Origin: a bacterium
GTDB taxonomy: Bacteria > RBG-13-61-14 > DATKZS01
Reading direction: 5' to 3'
Assembly: GCA_963674965.2 (NCBI GenBank)
Contig: CAXXFL010000006.1
Location: 1,024,001 to 1,088,000 of the forward strand
Length of the DNA: 64,000 nucleotides
The notes beneath the pieces were generated by a model. It was not told the origin of the DNA. It ran no database searches and was given only the letters and a program-made list of their open reading frames with translations. Of the stretch, positions 27,846-37,899 are shown one piece after another. A program made the position numbers and the translations under genes. How positions within the stretch are numbered: position 1 is the stretch's first letter; the number at the start of each line of letters is the position of its first letter.

Positions 27846-28811
27846 TTGCTCATCATCGTCCAGATACCTTGTCTTAATGAGGAAAAAAGCCTGGCCAAGG
27901 TGATTGAAAGCGTCCCCGCCTCTCTTCCCGGCGCCGACGGGGTCGAGGTGCTTTTAATAAACGACGGCAGCACGGATAAAAGCCTCGATGAGGCGAGGCG
28001 GGCGGGCGTGAGTCACCTGGTTTCCTTCTCGGGACGCCGGGGCTTGGCCAGGGCCTTTGACGCGGGCATGGACGCGGCCCTTAGGCTGGGGGCCGACGTG
28101 ATAGTCAATATCGACGCCGACGGCCAATACGCGGGCGAAGATATCGGCTCCCTGGTGGCCCCAATACTGGCCGGGGAGGCCGACGTGACCGTGGGAGACC
28201 GGGGCATACCTTCCGACCCGTCCTATCCACCGGTTAAAAAGGCCCTCCAGGCCGCCGGTTCATGGACGGTGAGAAGGCTTTCAGGAACGGACGTTATCGA
28301 CGCTTCCTCCGGCTTCAGGGCCTACTCCAGGGAAGCGGCCATGAGGCTGCACCTGGTATCGGATTTCACTTATACCCTTGAGAGCCTCATCCAGGCCGGA
28401 TCGGACAGCCTCGCCGTTAAAAGCGTGCCCATCCGCGCCAGGGAAGTCAACAGGCCCTCGCGCCTTTTTTCCTCCATCCCCGAGTACCTCTCGAAAAGCG
28501 CGGCCACCCTGGTCAGGGTCTACAGCATGTACCAGCCCCTCAAGGTCTTCTCCGCCCTGGGAGGGGTGATTTTCGCCTCGGGTTTCGCCATCGGGATCTG
28601 GTTCCTTTACTACTTTATCAGTGAGGGAGGAAAAGGACACGTACAGTTATTAATCCTGGCGGCGGTCCTCCTTATCATAGGTTTCCAGGTCATGGTCATG
28701 GCACTTCTGGCCGACCTGATAGGGGCCAACCGGAAACTCCTTGGCCAGGTCCTTTTCCGGCTGAAAAGGATGGAAAGCGAAAAGGCCGAAACAAGGAACG
28801 GCTCCGATTGA
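27846..28811 (+). CDS. Glycosyltransferase family 2 (polyprenol-phosphate sugar transferase-like) with C-terminal TMs
   Basis: IPCLNEE, NDGSTD, IDADGQY, DASSGFRAYSR, two C-terminal TM segments. Confidence 0.9.
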   Translation: MLIIVQIPCLNEEKSLAKVIESVPASLPGADGVEVLLINDGSTDKSLDEARRAGVSHLVSFSGRRGLARAFDAGMDAALRLGADVIVNIDADGQYAGEDIGSLVAPILAGEADVTVGDRGIPSDPSYPPVKKALQAAGSWTVRRLSGTDVIDASSGFRAYSREAAMRLHLVSDFTYTLESLIQAGSDSLAVKSVPIRAREVNRPSRLFSSIPEYLSKSAATLVRVYSMYQPLKVFSALGGVIFASGFAIGIWFLYYFISEGGKGHVQLLILAAVLLIIGFQVMVMALLADLIGANRKLLGQVLFRLKRMESEKAETRNGSD

Positions 28812-28839
28812 TGGCCGGGATCGGCGGACGATCTTCTTT

Positions 28840-30048
28840 ATGGAATCGATCAGGCCAGGACTTTTAATAGTGACCACAACCTTCCCCAGGTGGAAGAACG
28901 ATCCTGGACCGGCTCCTTTCGTGTTCCATCACGCCCGCGCTCTTCTCGATTATTTTGACGTGACGGTCCTCGCTCCCCACCATGAGGGGGCCGCTCCTTG
29001 CGAGGAGATGGACGGAGTGCGGGTAAAAAGGTTTCGCTACGCCCTGCCCTCTTCTCTCGAGCTTCTCGCCGACGGCGCGGGCATCAGGAACAACATGAGG
29101 AAAGGACCCGGCTATAAGCTTTTGGCCCCGGCCCTGGTGGCCTCCGAGTTGGCCGCGCTGCGGCGGATAATCGCGCGGGAAAAATTGGGCCATATAAACT
29201 CTCACTGGCTCATACCCTCGGGCCTGCTTGGCTGCCTGGCCGCTCCTCCCCCGGCAAGGCACGTTATCACGGTTCACGCCGCCGACTACGACCTCCTGAA
29301 AAGACTCCCGGGCGGCAAAGGCGCCATCCGCTGGATGGCTGGACGGGCCTCCCATGTCGTCTGCGTCAGCGAGCGGCTGGCCGATGGGGTCCGGGAGGCG
29401 TCGGGAGGCGCCGCGCGAGTAACGACCATGCCCATGGGCGTATCTCTCAACTCCTTTTCTTTCAGTAAGGCAAGCCGGGCAAAATGGAGGTCTCGTCTCG
29501 AAGTCGGCGAGAAGCCTCTGATGCTTTTCGCGGGCAAGCTCTCGCCCAAGAAAGGCGTCGACGTCCTGCTCCGCGCCCTTTCCAGTCCCGACCTGACGCG
29601 GATGGGGGCGGTCCTCGCCGTCGCCGGCGGCGGAGAACTGAGAGCAAAGCTCGAGCATGAAGCCGCTTCCCTGGGCCTTGGCGGCGGGGTGAAATTCCTC
29701 GGGCCGCTTCCCAACGCCGAGTTGGCCGAGCTTTATAGCGCGTCCGACCTGGTGGTTGTCCCCTCCGTGGTTGACGAGCGGGGCGAGACGGAGGGCATGC
29801 CCGTGGTCATACTCGAGGCCCTGGCCGCCTCCCGTCCGGTGGTGGCCAGCCGCGCCTGTTCGCCTCCCCCCGACCTGGTGGGTCGCGGCGTGACGGTGAC
29901 CGGGGTGGGAGACCATCTCGAGCTGGCCCGGGCCTTAGCCGACGCCATCGCCAACCGGACGCGGGTGGACGCTGACCGGGTGAAAGAGTACGACGTCTCG
30001 AGGGTGGCCAAAAGATACGCCGAGCTATTGCTGGGGGAAGGACGTTGA
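28840..30048 (+). CDS. Glycosyltransferase family 4
   Basis: TTTFPRW, HWLIPSG, GKLSPKKGVD, EGMPVVILEALA (EX7E). Confidence 0.9.
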   Translation: MESIRPGLLIVTTTFPRWKNDPGPAPFVFHHARALLDYFDVTVLAPHHEGAAPCEEMDGVRVKRFRYALPSSLELLADGAGIRNNMRKGPGYKLLAPALVASELAALRRIIAREKLGHINSHWLIPSGLLGCLAAPPPARHVITVHAADYDLLKRLPGGKGAIRWMAGRASHVVCVSERLADGVREASGGAARVTTMPMGVSLNSFSFSKASRAKWRSRLEVGEKPLMLFAGKLSPKKGVDVLLRALSSPDLTRMGAVLAVAGGGELRAKLEHEAASLGLGGGVKFLGPLPNAELAELYSASDLVVVPSVVDERGETEGMPVVILEALAASRPVVASRACSPPPDLVGRGVTVTGVGDHLELARALADAIANRTRVDADRVKEYDVSRVAKRYAELLLGEGR

Positions 30049-31226
30049 GGGTCCTCCACGTGACGCCCTATTTCCACGGGGCCTGGTCCTATGGAGGCAT
30101 TCCCCGGCTGTCCTATCACCTGGCCGCCGCCCAGGCCTCATTGGGTCATGAGGTCCACGCCGTCACCACCGACGTCATGGACGAGCATGGGAGGCTCGCG
30201 CCCAGGGACTATACCGTCTCCGGCGTCGAGGTCAGGGTCTATAAGAACATGAGCAACCTGGCGGCCTACCATCTCCAGTTCTTCTGTCCCCTGGGCCTTG
30301 GGGCCGAGAGAAGGACCATATCCGGCTATGACGTGGTCCATATCCACGGGCACCGCAACCTCCACAACCATCGCCTCGCGGCCATGGCCAGGCAAGCCGG
30401 GACCTTGAACGTCATGCAGCCCAACGGCACCCTGGTCAACATCGAAAGGCGCCGGGGCCTGAAGACGGTTTACGACCTCCTCCTCGGCCGGTCGCAAGTA
30501 AAGGGGACCGACGGTTTCATCGCGGTCTCGCAAATCGAAAAGGCCCAGTTCGTTGAGATGGGCGTTCCGGAGGAACTGATCGAGGTCCACCCGAACGGGG
30601 TGGCCGTCGAGGAGTCGGCCGATGAGGTATCCTTCAAAAAGGAATTCAGGATCGACTCGGATTACCTTTTATACCTGGGAAAGATCACGCCTCGAAAAGG
30701 CGTCGAGCACGTCATATCCGCCCTTCCCCTCCTGGCCGACGAGAGTATAATTATGGTGGTGGCGGGAAACGACATGGGATACAGGGAAGTCCTTGAAAGG
30801 AAGGCCCGCGCCCTGGGCCTCGCGAGCAGGGTCGTCTTTACCGGGCTGTTAACCGGCCAGATGAAGGCGGCCGCCTTCCGCGAGGCCCTCTATACGGTCT
30901 ACGCCGGAAGGGACGAGATATTCGGGCTGGTGCCGTGGGAGTCCCTTTTATACGGCACGCCCGTTATCGTGGCCGACGACTCGGGATGCGGGGAATGGGT
31001 CCGCAAAGGAAAGGCCGGTCACGTGGTACCCTACGCCAGCCCCGAGTCCATTGCCCGGATCGTCAATCAATACGACCCGGACCGGGAAAGGGAAACGGTA
31101 AAGCGCGGCGCGGCCTTTTGCCGGGAACGGCTCGATTGGGTTAAGATCGCGGAGGACATGATAAGTTTTTACACGAGACTCCTCGATGATCGGGCCAGCC
31201 GAAAAGCGGGAGGCGTGCATGGGTAG
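30045..31226 (+). CDS. Glycosyltransferase family 4
   Basis: YGGI, LGKITPRKG, EIFGLVPWESL (EX7E). Confidence 0.9.
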   Translation: MRVLHVTPYFHGAWSYGGIPRLSYHLAAAQASLGHEVHAVTTDVMDEHGRLAPRDYTVSGVEVRVYKNMSNLAAYHLQFFCPLGLGAERRTISGYDVVHIHGHRNLHNHRLAAMARQAGTLNVMQPNGTLVNIERRRGLKTVYDLLLGRSQVKGTDGFIAVSQIEKAQFVEMGVPEELIEVHPNGVAVEESADEVSFKKEFRIDSDYLLYLGKITPRKGVEHVISALPLLADESIIMVVAGNDMGYREVLERKARALGLASRVVFTGLLTGQMKAAAFREALYTVYAGRDEIFGLVPWESLLYGTPVIVADDSGCGEWVRKGKAGHVVPYASPESIARIVNQYDPDRERETVKRGAAFCRERLDWVKIAEDMISFYTRLLDDRASRKAGGVHG

Positions 31227-31962
31227 GATTACCGACGCCCTGGTGGTGACCCCCGCCTACAACGAGGCCAAGGTCATCGAGGCGACCCTGTCGGCCCTTT
31301 TCGAAAAGGTCGAGCGGGCGCTGGTGGTGGACGACGGCAGTTCGGACGAAACCTCGAGGCGGGCGGCCGCGGCCGGGGCCGAGACCCTGAGGCTGGCCAC
31401 CAACCTGAATTACGGGGGCGCCCTGCAGACGGGTTTTCTCTACGCCGTCAAGAAGACGGACCTTCCCTATATAATGACCTTCGACGCCGACGGCCAGCAC
31501 GACCCTTCCTACCTGGAGGCCATGCTCGAGCCCCTGAGGACGGGCAAGGCCGACTACGTCATCGGCTCGAGATACCTGGAGGGAAGCCCACGCGGGGTGC
31601 CCGCCGCCAGGGACCTGGGCATACGCCTTTTCGCGGCGGCCGCGTCGGCGGTGGTGGGCCAAAGGATTACGGACCCAACCTCGGGACTTCTGGCCATGAC
31701 CAGGGAAGTGGCCCAGGTGCTGTGCTCGGACTTTTTTCCGCAGGATTATCCCGACGCCGACGTGGTGATCCTTTTATCGCGCATGGGGTTCAGGATCATG
31801 GAAGTCCCGGTCAGGATGAAGCCTTCCCCCACTGGAAAGTCCATGCACTCGGGAGTGACTAGGCCGCTTTTTTACGTGGCCAAGATGAGCCTGGCCATGA
31901 TCCACGCCGCGGCGCGTCCGGACCCGCGCCAAAAGAGGAAGGAGGCAAAAATTGCTGCCTGA
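31219..31962 (+). CDS. Glycosyltransferase family 2 (DPM-synthase-like)
   Basis: PAYNEA, VDDGSSD, FDADGQHDP, GSRY, DPTSG; start at ATG 31219 after GGAGG. Confidence 0.9.
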   Translation: MGRITDALVVTPAYNEAKVIEATLSALFEKVERALVVDDGSSDETSRRAAAAGAETLRLATNLNYGGALQTGFLYAVKKTDLPYIMTFDADGQHDPSYLEAMLEPLRTGKADYVIGSRYLEGSPRGVPAARDLGIRLFAAAASAVVGQRITDPTSGLLAMTREVAQVLCSDFFPQDYPDADVVILLSRMGFRIMEVPVRMKPSPTGKSMHSGVTRPLFYVAKMSLAMIHAAARPDPRQKRKEAKIAA

Positions 31963-32320
31963 ACAAAGGCCCTTCGCCATATTGACGGCCCTTTTATTGC
32001 TGGCCCTGGTCGTGGTCCTTATCCGGAAGCGGAAGCTGAGAGAAGAGTACGCCCTCCTCTGGCTGGGAGTGGGTTTGATCGTCATGGTCCTCGCCACCTG
32101 GTACTCTCTCCTGGAATGGCTGACCCGAGCGATCGGGGCCGTCGATCCCACCAGCGCCCTTTTCATCTTCTCCCTCTTATTCCTCCTGGTGATAAGCATC
32201 CACTTCTCAGTGGTCAACTCGAGGATGAAAGACCAGATTCGCGACCTGACCCAGGAGATCGCCTTCCTGAGAAAGGAAATCCAAAGCCGCGTTAAAAAAG
32301 GAAATGACGAATCGAACTGA
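31952..32320 (+). CDS. DUF2304-type membrane protein
   Basis: LREEYALLW, three TM segments, coiled C-terminus LTQEIA; typical partner of the upstream GT2. Confidence 0.75.
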   Translation: MLPEQRPFAILTALLLLALVVVLIRKRKLREEYALLWLGVGLIVMVLATWYSLLEWLTRAIGAVDPTSALFIFSLLFLLVISIHFSVVNSRMKDQIRDLTQEIAFLRKEIQSRVKKGNDESN

Positions 32321-32491
32321 CGCGCCCGCCTCCATAAGGAAGACGATACTCGGGCCGCTCCTCCTATTCTATTTAATTTTCGAGGTTTGCGCCGCCTTCC
32401 CCTCTCTGCTATCCTGTTTAACTGGCGATCAGGCATAAAAGGATCGGCCTTGAATATTTTTAAAACGCTTTTTTCCGATCGGAGGAATATC

Positions 32492-33346
32492 ATGGCAAAG
32501 TCGGAACGGCCCCTCGAGTTCAATGGCGCCGACGATTACGTGGTCGACCCGGAGTTGGCCAAAATAGTCAACGTCAGCATGGCCCTCGAGATGCCCCTGC
32601 TTTTAAAAGGCGAGCCCGGCACGGGCAAGACCCTTCTGGCCCACGCCCTGGCCAGGTCGCTGGGAATGCCCCTCATCGCGCTTAACGTGAAGTCGAGCAT
32701 GAAGGCCATCGACGCGCTTTACCAGTACGACACCCTGACCCGTCTTAACGACAGCCGGTTCGGCGACTCGGGCCGCAACGTGTCGGACATCGAGGAGTAC
32801 ATCCGCATGGGCAAGATCGGACAGGCTTTCAAGTCCGACGAAAAGGTCGTTCTCCTCATCGACGAGATAGACAAGGCCGACTCCGACTTCCAGGACGACC
32901 TCCTTGACGTGCTCGACCAGATGGAGTTCGACGTCCTCGAGATCGACAAGACCATCTCGGCCAGGAACCGGCCCATCGTCATCATCACCTCGAACGCCAA
33001 AAAAGACCTGTCCGACCCCTTCCTGGGAAGATGCAATTTCCATCACATCGCCTTCCCCGAGCCCAAGTTCATGCGGCAGATCGTGGAGGCCCACTTCCCC
33101 AAGATCGACGAAAAGCTGGCCGAGTCCTCCATCCGCGCCTTCTACCGCCTGCGCCAACTCCCGGCCATCGAGAAGAAACCAGCCACCCGCGAGCTGCTCA
33201 ACTGGGTGCGGGCGCTTATGGTGGACCCCGATTTCAACCCGGCCAAGCTCGAGCGGGGGAAGAGCATCCCCTACCTGGGCATTCTTTTCAAGAAGTCGGG
33301 AGACGTGGACAACGCCAAGAGGTTTAACGACGCGGGCAGAGTATAG
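32492..33346 (+). CDS. MoxR-family AAA+ ATPase
   Basis: GEPGTGKT, LLIDEIDKAD, IITSN, KKPATRELLNW; start at ATG 32492 after GGAGG. Confidence 0.88.
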   Translation: MAKSERPLEFNGADDYVVDPELAKIVNVSMALEMPLLLKGEPGTGKTLLAHALARSLGMPLIALNVKSSMKAIDALYQYDTLTRLNDSRFGDSGRNVSDIEEYIRMGKIGQAFKSDEKVVLLIDEIDKADSDFQDDLLDVLDQMEFDVLEIDKTISARNRPIVIITSNAKKDLSDPFLGRCNFHHIAFPEPKFMRQIVEAHFPKIDEKLAESSIRAFYRLRQLPAIEKKPATRELLNWVRALMVDPDFNPAKLERGKSIPYLGILFKKSGDVDNAKRFNDAGRV

Positions 33347-33369
33347 CGGCTTTCCGTTTAATAGCCGCG

Positions 33370-33510
33370 CTAGGCGGGGTCTTCCGTCTCGCTTTTCTCC
33401 GCTTCCTCATCGAGCGCCCGGTGGTCCTCGACGTACCAGGCGCGCATCTTGACGCCGAAGATGACGGCCAGGGCCAGGAAGGTGATGATTATATACAGTG
33501 GCTGATCCAT
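33370..33510 (-). CDS. Small single-TM protein, 46 aa
   Basis: Manual translation MDQPLYIIITFLALAVIFGVKMRAWYVEDHRALDEEAEKSETEDPA*; host-like codons; ends the rib-nusB operon; below the ORF-track size cutoff. Confidence 0.55.
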   Translation of the reverse strand: MDQPLYIIITFLALAVIFGVKMRAWYVEDHRALDEEAEKSETEDPA

Positions 33511-33531
33511 GCCGTCCGTTACCAGGCCGCG

Positions 33532-34140
33532 TTATTCCCGCTCGGACGTCGTCGGGACCTGGTCCAGGCCCAGTACCTCGTAGTCCTCGGAGGCCCGGGA
33601 TATCTTCCAGTCCTTGCAGGCGGGGAAGTGATGCCTGCACCTTTTCAGCTCGCTCACGAGTTTATCCACTTCATTCGCGTCCCACAACACGCGTATTTCG
33701 CTTCCCTCGTGGACGTTGGCGAGGTCGCAGCCATGGGCCAGTCCCCGCATGATGGTGTCCGCGCTGTCGCGGGGGGAAGTGTTGGCCCTTCTAAAGTCGC
33801 GGGAGGCAATGGAAAATATGGAGGCCTTGGCCCGGATAAAGGTCTCGACCATGCCGGCGGTGACCTTTTCCGCGGACGGCGGGGTAAGGTCTCGATATGA
33901 CCCGGCCCCGGCCAGCACCACCTGGGGAAAGGCCCCTCCTCCCCCCGGAGTGAAAAGGGTCGGCGTGGGCGAGTCGGGGTCCACGGCCCCCTCGTCTATC
34001 CACCTCGAGAGCCTGCCGCCGAACCTGAAGTCCAGCCTTCCCGCCTCGCGGTGGAGGGGACGGACGTCCCGAAACAGCGGGGCGCCCACGGGATCGCGAA
34101 AGTAATAGTCCGAGGAAAGGGCGGTGACCGTGACGATCAT
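33532..34140 (-). CDS. Stand-alone peptidase M17 N-terminal-like domain protein
   Basis: F.DVRPL..AGRLDFRFGGRLSRWI motif; no catalytic M17 domain; follows nusB. Confidence 0.6.
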   Translation of the reverse strand: MIVTVTALSSDYYFRDPVGAPLFRDVRPLHREAGRLDFRFGGRLSRWIDEGAVDPDSPTPTLFTPGGGGAFPQVVLAGAGSYRDLTPPSAEKVTAGMVETFIRAKASIFSIASRDFRRANTSPRDSADTIMRGLAHGCDLANVHEGSEIRVLWDANEVDKLVSELKRCRHHFPACKDWKISRASEDYEVLGLDQVPTTSERE

Positions 34141-34163
34141 GGCGGTAGTGGGCGGCCGGGCTT

Positions 34164-34607
34164 TCAGCTCGCCTCTTTTTCCGTTTCCGCCTCGGGCCCG
34201 ATGCCCCCCAGGCGCCGGCAGATTTTATCCAGGATGCCGTTGATGAACGCTCCGGACTCGGAGGTCCCGTATTTTTTGCCGATCTCGATGGCCTCGTCGA
34301 TGCTGACCTTGGGGGGTATCTCGGGGCAACTCATCATCTCGTAGATGGCCATCCGGAGAATATTGCGGTCGATGCGGCTCATGCGGTAGAGCTTCCATTT
34401 CTTGGACTGGCTCTCGATGAGCCCGTCGATTTTTTCCTTGTTCTCCTTGACCCCGTCCACTATGCCCAGGGCGAAGACCTTGACGTCCTGGGCGTCGTGT
34501 CGGTCCTCCCAGAACACGCGGGCCGGGCCCTCCTCCTCGGGTCCGTGGAAGTCCCACTGGTAAAGGTACTGGAGCGCCAGTTCCCGGGCTCGCCGTCGTC
34601 TTCCCAT
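34164..34607 (-). CDS. nusB: Transcription antitermination factor NusB
   Basis: RRRARELALQYLYQ, DRNILR, IDEAIEIGKKYG, FINGILD. Confidence 0.95.
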   Translation of the reverse strand: MGRRRRARELALQYLYQWDFHGPEEEGPARVFWEDRHDAQDVKVFALGIVDGVKENKEKIDGLIESQSKKWKLYRMSRIDRNILRMAIYEMMSCPEIPPKVSIDEAIEIGKKYGTSESGAFINGILDKICRRLGGIGPEAETEKEAS

Positions 34608-34611
34608 GCGA

Positions 34612-35073
34612 TTACAACTGCCGCATTACCTGGGCCATCTCGATGGCCGACACCGCGGCGGACCATCCCTTGTTGCCCGACTTGGTCCCCGCCCTCTCGA
34701 CCGCCTGCTCGATGGTGTCGGTGGTCACGATGCCGAAGGCTATGGGCACGCCCGTCTCGAGCATGATCTGGGCGATGCCCTTCGAGGCCTCTCCCGCCAC
34801 GTAGTCGAAGTGGGGGGTCGATCCCCGGATCACGGCCCCCAGCGCGATAAGCGCGTCGTACTTGCCCGAGGCCGCCATCTTTTTAAGGACCACGGGCGAC
34901 TCGAAGGCGCCTGGCACCTTCACCACCGTCACGCCCGACTCGTCCGCCCCGTGGCGGACCAGGGCGTCCATGCATCCCTCCATCAGCCGGCCGGTGATGA
35001 AGTCGTTGAACCTCGAGACCACGACGCCGAACTTAAGTCCCTTCGCGTCAAGTTTTCCCTCTATCGCGCTCAT
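34612..35073 (-). CDS. ribH: 6,7-dimethyl-8-ribityllumazine synthase
   Basis: [39 protein letters not shown]. Confidence 0.96.
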   Translation of the reverse strand: MSAIEGKLDAKGLKFGVVVSRFNDFITGRLMEGCMDALVRHGADESGVTVVKVPGAFESPVVLKKMAASGKYDALIALGAVIRGSTPHFDYVAGEASKGIAQIMLETGVPIAFGIVTTDTIEQAVERAGTKSGNKGWSAAVSAIEMAQVMRQL

Positions 35074-35108
35074 TTACATCTCTCCTTGTTACCGCCCCGC
35101 GGAGCCGA

Positions 35109-36326
35109 TCAGTCCTTGAGGGTCAGCATGTGGCCCATCTTTTCCTTCTTGGTCTGAAGGTAGCGGACGTTGTTGCAATTGGGCTTGATCTCGATGGGCA
35201 CCCTCTCGACCACCTCGATGCCGTATCCTTGAATGCCGACAATTTTTTTCGGGTTATTGGTTATTTCCCTGATCCTTCTCGCGCCGAGGTCGGCGAGAAT
35301 CTGGGCGCCTATGCCGTAGTCGCGCAGGTCGGGCTTGAACCCGAGGGCCACGTTGGCCTCGACCGTGTCCATTCCCTCCTCCTGGAGGGCGTAGGCCCGG
35401 AGCTTGTTCAGCAGCCCTATTCCCCTTCCCTCCTGGCGCAGGTAAACGATAATGCCCGATCCCTCCTCGGCGATCATCTCCATGGCGGTCTGGAGCTGGG
35501 GACCGCAGTCGCAGCGGAGCGAACCGAGTATGTCGCCCGTCAGGCACTCGCTGTGCACCCGGACCAGCACGTCGGCGGCCGGGTCTATCTCTCCCTTGAC
35601 CAGGGCCAGGTGCACGTCGTTGTTGACGTCGTTGGCGTAGGCGATGGCCGTCCATTCTCCCCCGAACTCGGAGGGAAGGTTGATCTCGACCTCCCGCCTG
35701 ACCAGGGTCTCGTGGCGCATGCGGTACTGGATCACGTCGGCCACGGTGCAGATGTTGATCCCGTGCTCCTCGGCGAAGACCTCGAGGTCGGGCATGCGCG
35801 CCATGGTCCCGTCGTCCTTCATGACCTCGCAGATAACCCCCGCCGGGCGAAGGCCGGCCAGCCGGGCCAGGTCAACGGAACCCTCGGTCTGGCCCGTCCG
35901 GACCAGCACCCCTCCCTTTTTCGCTCGCAGGGGAAAAACGTGGCCGGGCCTTACCAGGTCCTCGGGGCGGGCGTCGTCGCGCATGGCCGTAAGGATGGTA
36001 TGGGCCCGGTCATGGGCGGAGATGCCCGTGGTCACGCCCTTCCTGGCCTCGATGCTCACGGTAAAGGCGGTGCAGAACTGGCTGGTGTTCTCGCGGCACA
36101 TGGGCCGAAGATCGAGGGAGTCGGCCTTTTCCTCGGTCAGGGCCAGGCAAATAAGGCCGCGGCCGTGGGTGGCCATGAAGTTTATTATCTCGGGAGTGAC
36201 CAGCTCGGCCGCGCAGCAGAGGTCCCCCTCGTTCTCGCGGTCCTCGTCGTCCGTGAGGATTACCATCCGCCCGTTGCGGACGTCCTCGATCGCCTCGTCA
36301 ACGCTTACTAATCTGCTACCGCCCAT
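35109..36326 (-). CDS. ribBA: Bifunctional DHBP synthase / GTP cyclohydrolase II
   Basis: [41 protein letters not shown]. Confidence 0.96.
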   Translation of the reverse strand: MGGSRLVSVDEAIEDVRNGRMVILTDDEDRENEGDLCCAAELVTPEIINFMATHGRGLICLALTEEKADSLDLRPMCRENTSQFCTAFTVSIEARKGVTTGISAHDRAHTILTAMRDDARPEDLVRPGHVFPLRAKKGGVLVRTGQTEGSVDLARLAGLRPAGVICEVMKDDGTMARMPDLEVFAEEHGINICTVADVIQYRMRHETLVRREVEINLPSEFGGEWTAIAYANDVNNDVHLALVKGEIDPAADVLVRVHSECLTGDILGSLRCDCGPQLQTAMEMIAEEGSGIIVYLRQEGRGIGLLNKLRAYALQEEGMDTVEANVALGFKPDLRDYGIGAQILADLGARRIREITNNPKKIVGIQGYGIEVVERVPIEIKPNCNNVRYLQTKKEKMGHMLTLKD

Positions 36327-36395
36327 TCGATACTCCTCAGGCGCGCGCTCGATGAAAATTTATACTATCCGATGCTTTCAAAAAGCGCGCAAGCT

Positions 36396-37850
36396 TTACT
36401 TTTTCGAGTCGGGAGTCAGCCTGGACCTGGAAAAATAGGTCGTCCATAAATGGCGGACGTTGAAGTAAGCCACCTCCCAGGCCGACAACCGGTGCGTTCG
36501 ACCGTAATCGATCGCGAAACTTGCCAGGAATAGGATATCAAAAAGCGGGTTTTTTCTCAAGGTTACGAGTTTTTCAATAATGGGCAAAAGCCCTTTATGC
36601 CTGTGGCCCAGTATAAAAAGCTTCTGAAGGTTCTCGAACTTTTCCGAGTCGGGCTGGGTAAAGGAGGAAAAGGAAAAATAACTAACCCTATCCCTTCCGC
36701 CGATGGACTCGGGGTCCTTTAATTTTCCCTCCGCGATCAGGCGCTCTTGAAGCTCAGTGCCCGGAAAGGGCTGGAAAAGGGAAGCCACCACGAACTCGTT
36801 TCCCAGGGTCTTATTTAAACGAAGGGTCTCGAACCCGTCCCCGATCCTCTCGCCGGGTATATTCATCATGTTATAGCTCTGGGTCTTGATGCCCCTCGAT
36901 CGCAACAGGGTGACCCCCTTCTCGATCGCCTGGTTGGACATGTGCCGGCCCAGGACCATCTCCCTGGTCTTTAAGGAGGCGCTCTCGAGTCCGTACCAGC
37001 AGGCGTGGCATCCGCTCTCGGCCAGGAGGGCGGCCTTTTCCTCGGTCATCGAGTCGATGCGGGCGCAACAGAAATAGGGCATGCCCACTTCTTTCTTGTA
37101 GAGGGGCAGGAACCGGGCGAGCCATTTTTCGTCATAGGTGAACAGGTCGTCGTTAAATCCGATGGTCCGGGCCTTGTAGCCAAAGGTGGCCCTTTTAATT
37201 TCCTCGATAAGGTACTCGGGGCTTTTGAACCTGACGTAGAGCCTGGGGTCGGGGTAGAGGGAGCGGAGTTTTTTATTGGCGCAGTAGGTGCAGTTATGGG
37301 GGCATCCCCTGCTGGCCACGAAGAACTTGATGGGGTAGTCGCGATAGTATTTATACCTGGCCAGGTAGAGGTCTTTCTTGGGAAAGGGAAGCCCGTCCAG
37401 GTCGGGTATAAGTCCGCGCATGGGATTGGCGACCGTTTCGCCTCGGCGCGAATAGGAAATCCCCTCGATCCCCTCGTGGCCCTGGCCCGACTCGAGGGCG
37501 GAGACGAGCTCGAGGAAGGTGTACTCCGACTCTCCCCTGCAGACGAAGTCCACCGAGTCGTTCTCCACCAGTCCGGGGTGGAAGGTCGGGTCCACCCCCC
37601 CCAGGACCACCTTGCAGCCGATCCTTTCCTTGATGGCCCGGGCCCAGATCAAGGCGTCGTCCCGCTCCATGGTGGTGTGGCCTATGCCCACGATAAGGGG
37701 GTCGTATTTCTTAATGGTTTCGAGAGGTTTTTTTTCCAGTCCGGGAACGATCAGGAGGGTCTGATGGCCCGCCTTCTCGAGCACGGCCGCCATGGACTGG
37801 GGGCCGTGAAGCTCATAGTAGTTCAGTTGTAAAAAAACGACGCGGGCCAT
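36396..37850 (-). CDS. Cobalamin-binding radical SAM protein
   Basis: N-terminal B12-binding domain (VVLGGVDPT, GESE); SRGCPHNCTYC (CxxxCxxC); GLESA; PFPGTEL. Confidence 0.88.
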   Translation of the reverse strand: MARVVFLQLNYYELHGPQSMAAVLEKAGHQTLLIVPGLEKKPLETIKKYDPLIVGIGHTTMERDDALIWARAIKERIGCKVVLGGVDPTFHPGLVENDSVDFVCRGESEYTFLELVSALESGQGHEGIEGISYSRRGETVANPMRGLIPDLDGLPFPKKDLYLARYKYYRDYPIKFFVASRGCPHNCTYCANKKLRSLYPDPRLYVRFKSPEYLIEEIKRATFGYKARTIGFNDDLFTYDEKWLARFLPLYKKEVGMPYFCCARIDSMTEEKAALLAESGCHACWYGLESASLKTREMVLGRHMSNQAIEKGVTLLRSRGIKTQSYNMMNIPGERIGDGFETLRLNKTLGNEFVVASLFQPFPGTELQERLIAEGKLKDPESIGGRDRVSYFSFSSFTQPDSEKFENLQKLFILGHRHKGLLPIIEKLVTLRKNPLFDILFLASFAIDYGRTHRLSAWEVAYFNVRHLWTTYFSRSRLTPDSKK

Positions 37851-37899
37851 GGTCGAGTCAGATTATCACGATGAGGGAGGCGTTAAAAATGGCGCTCGC

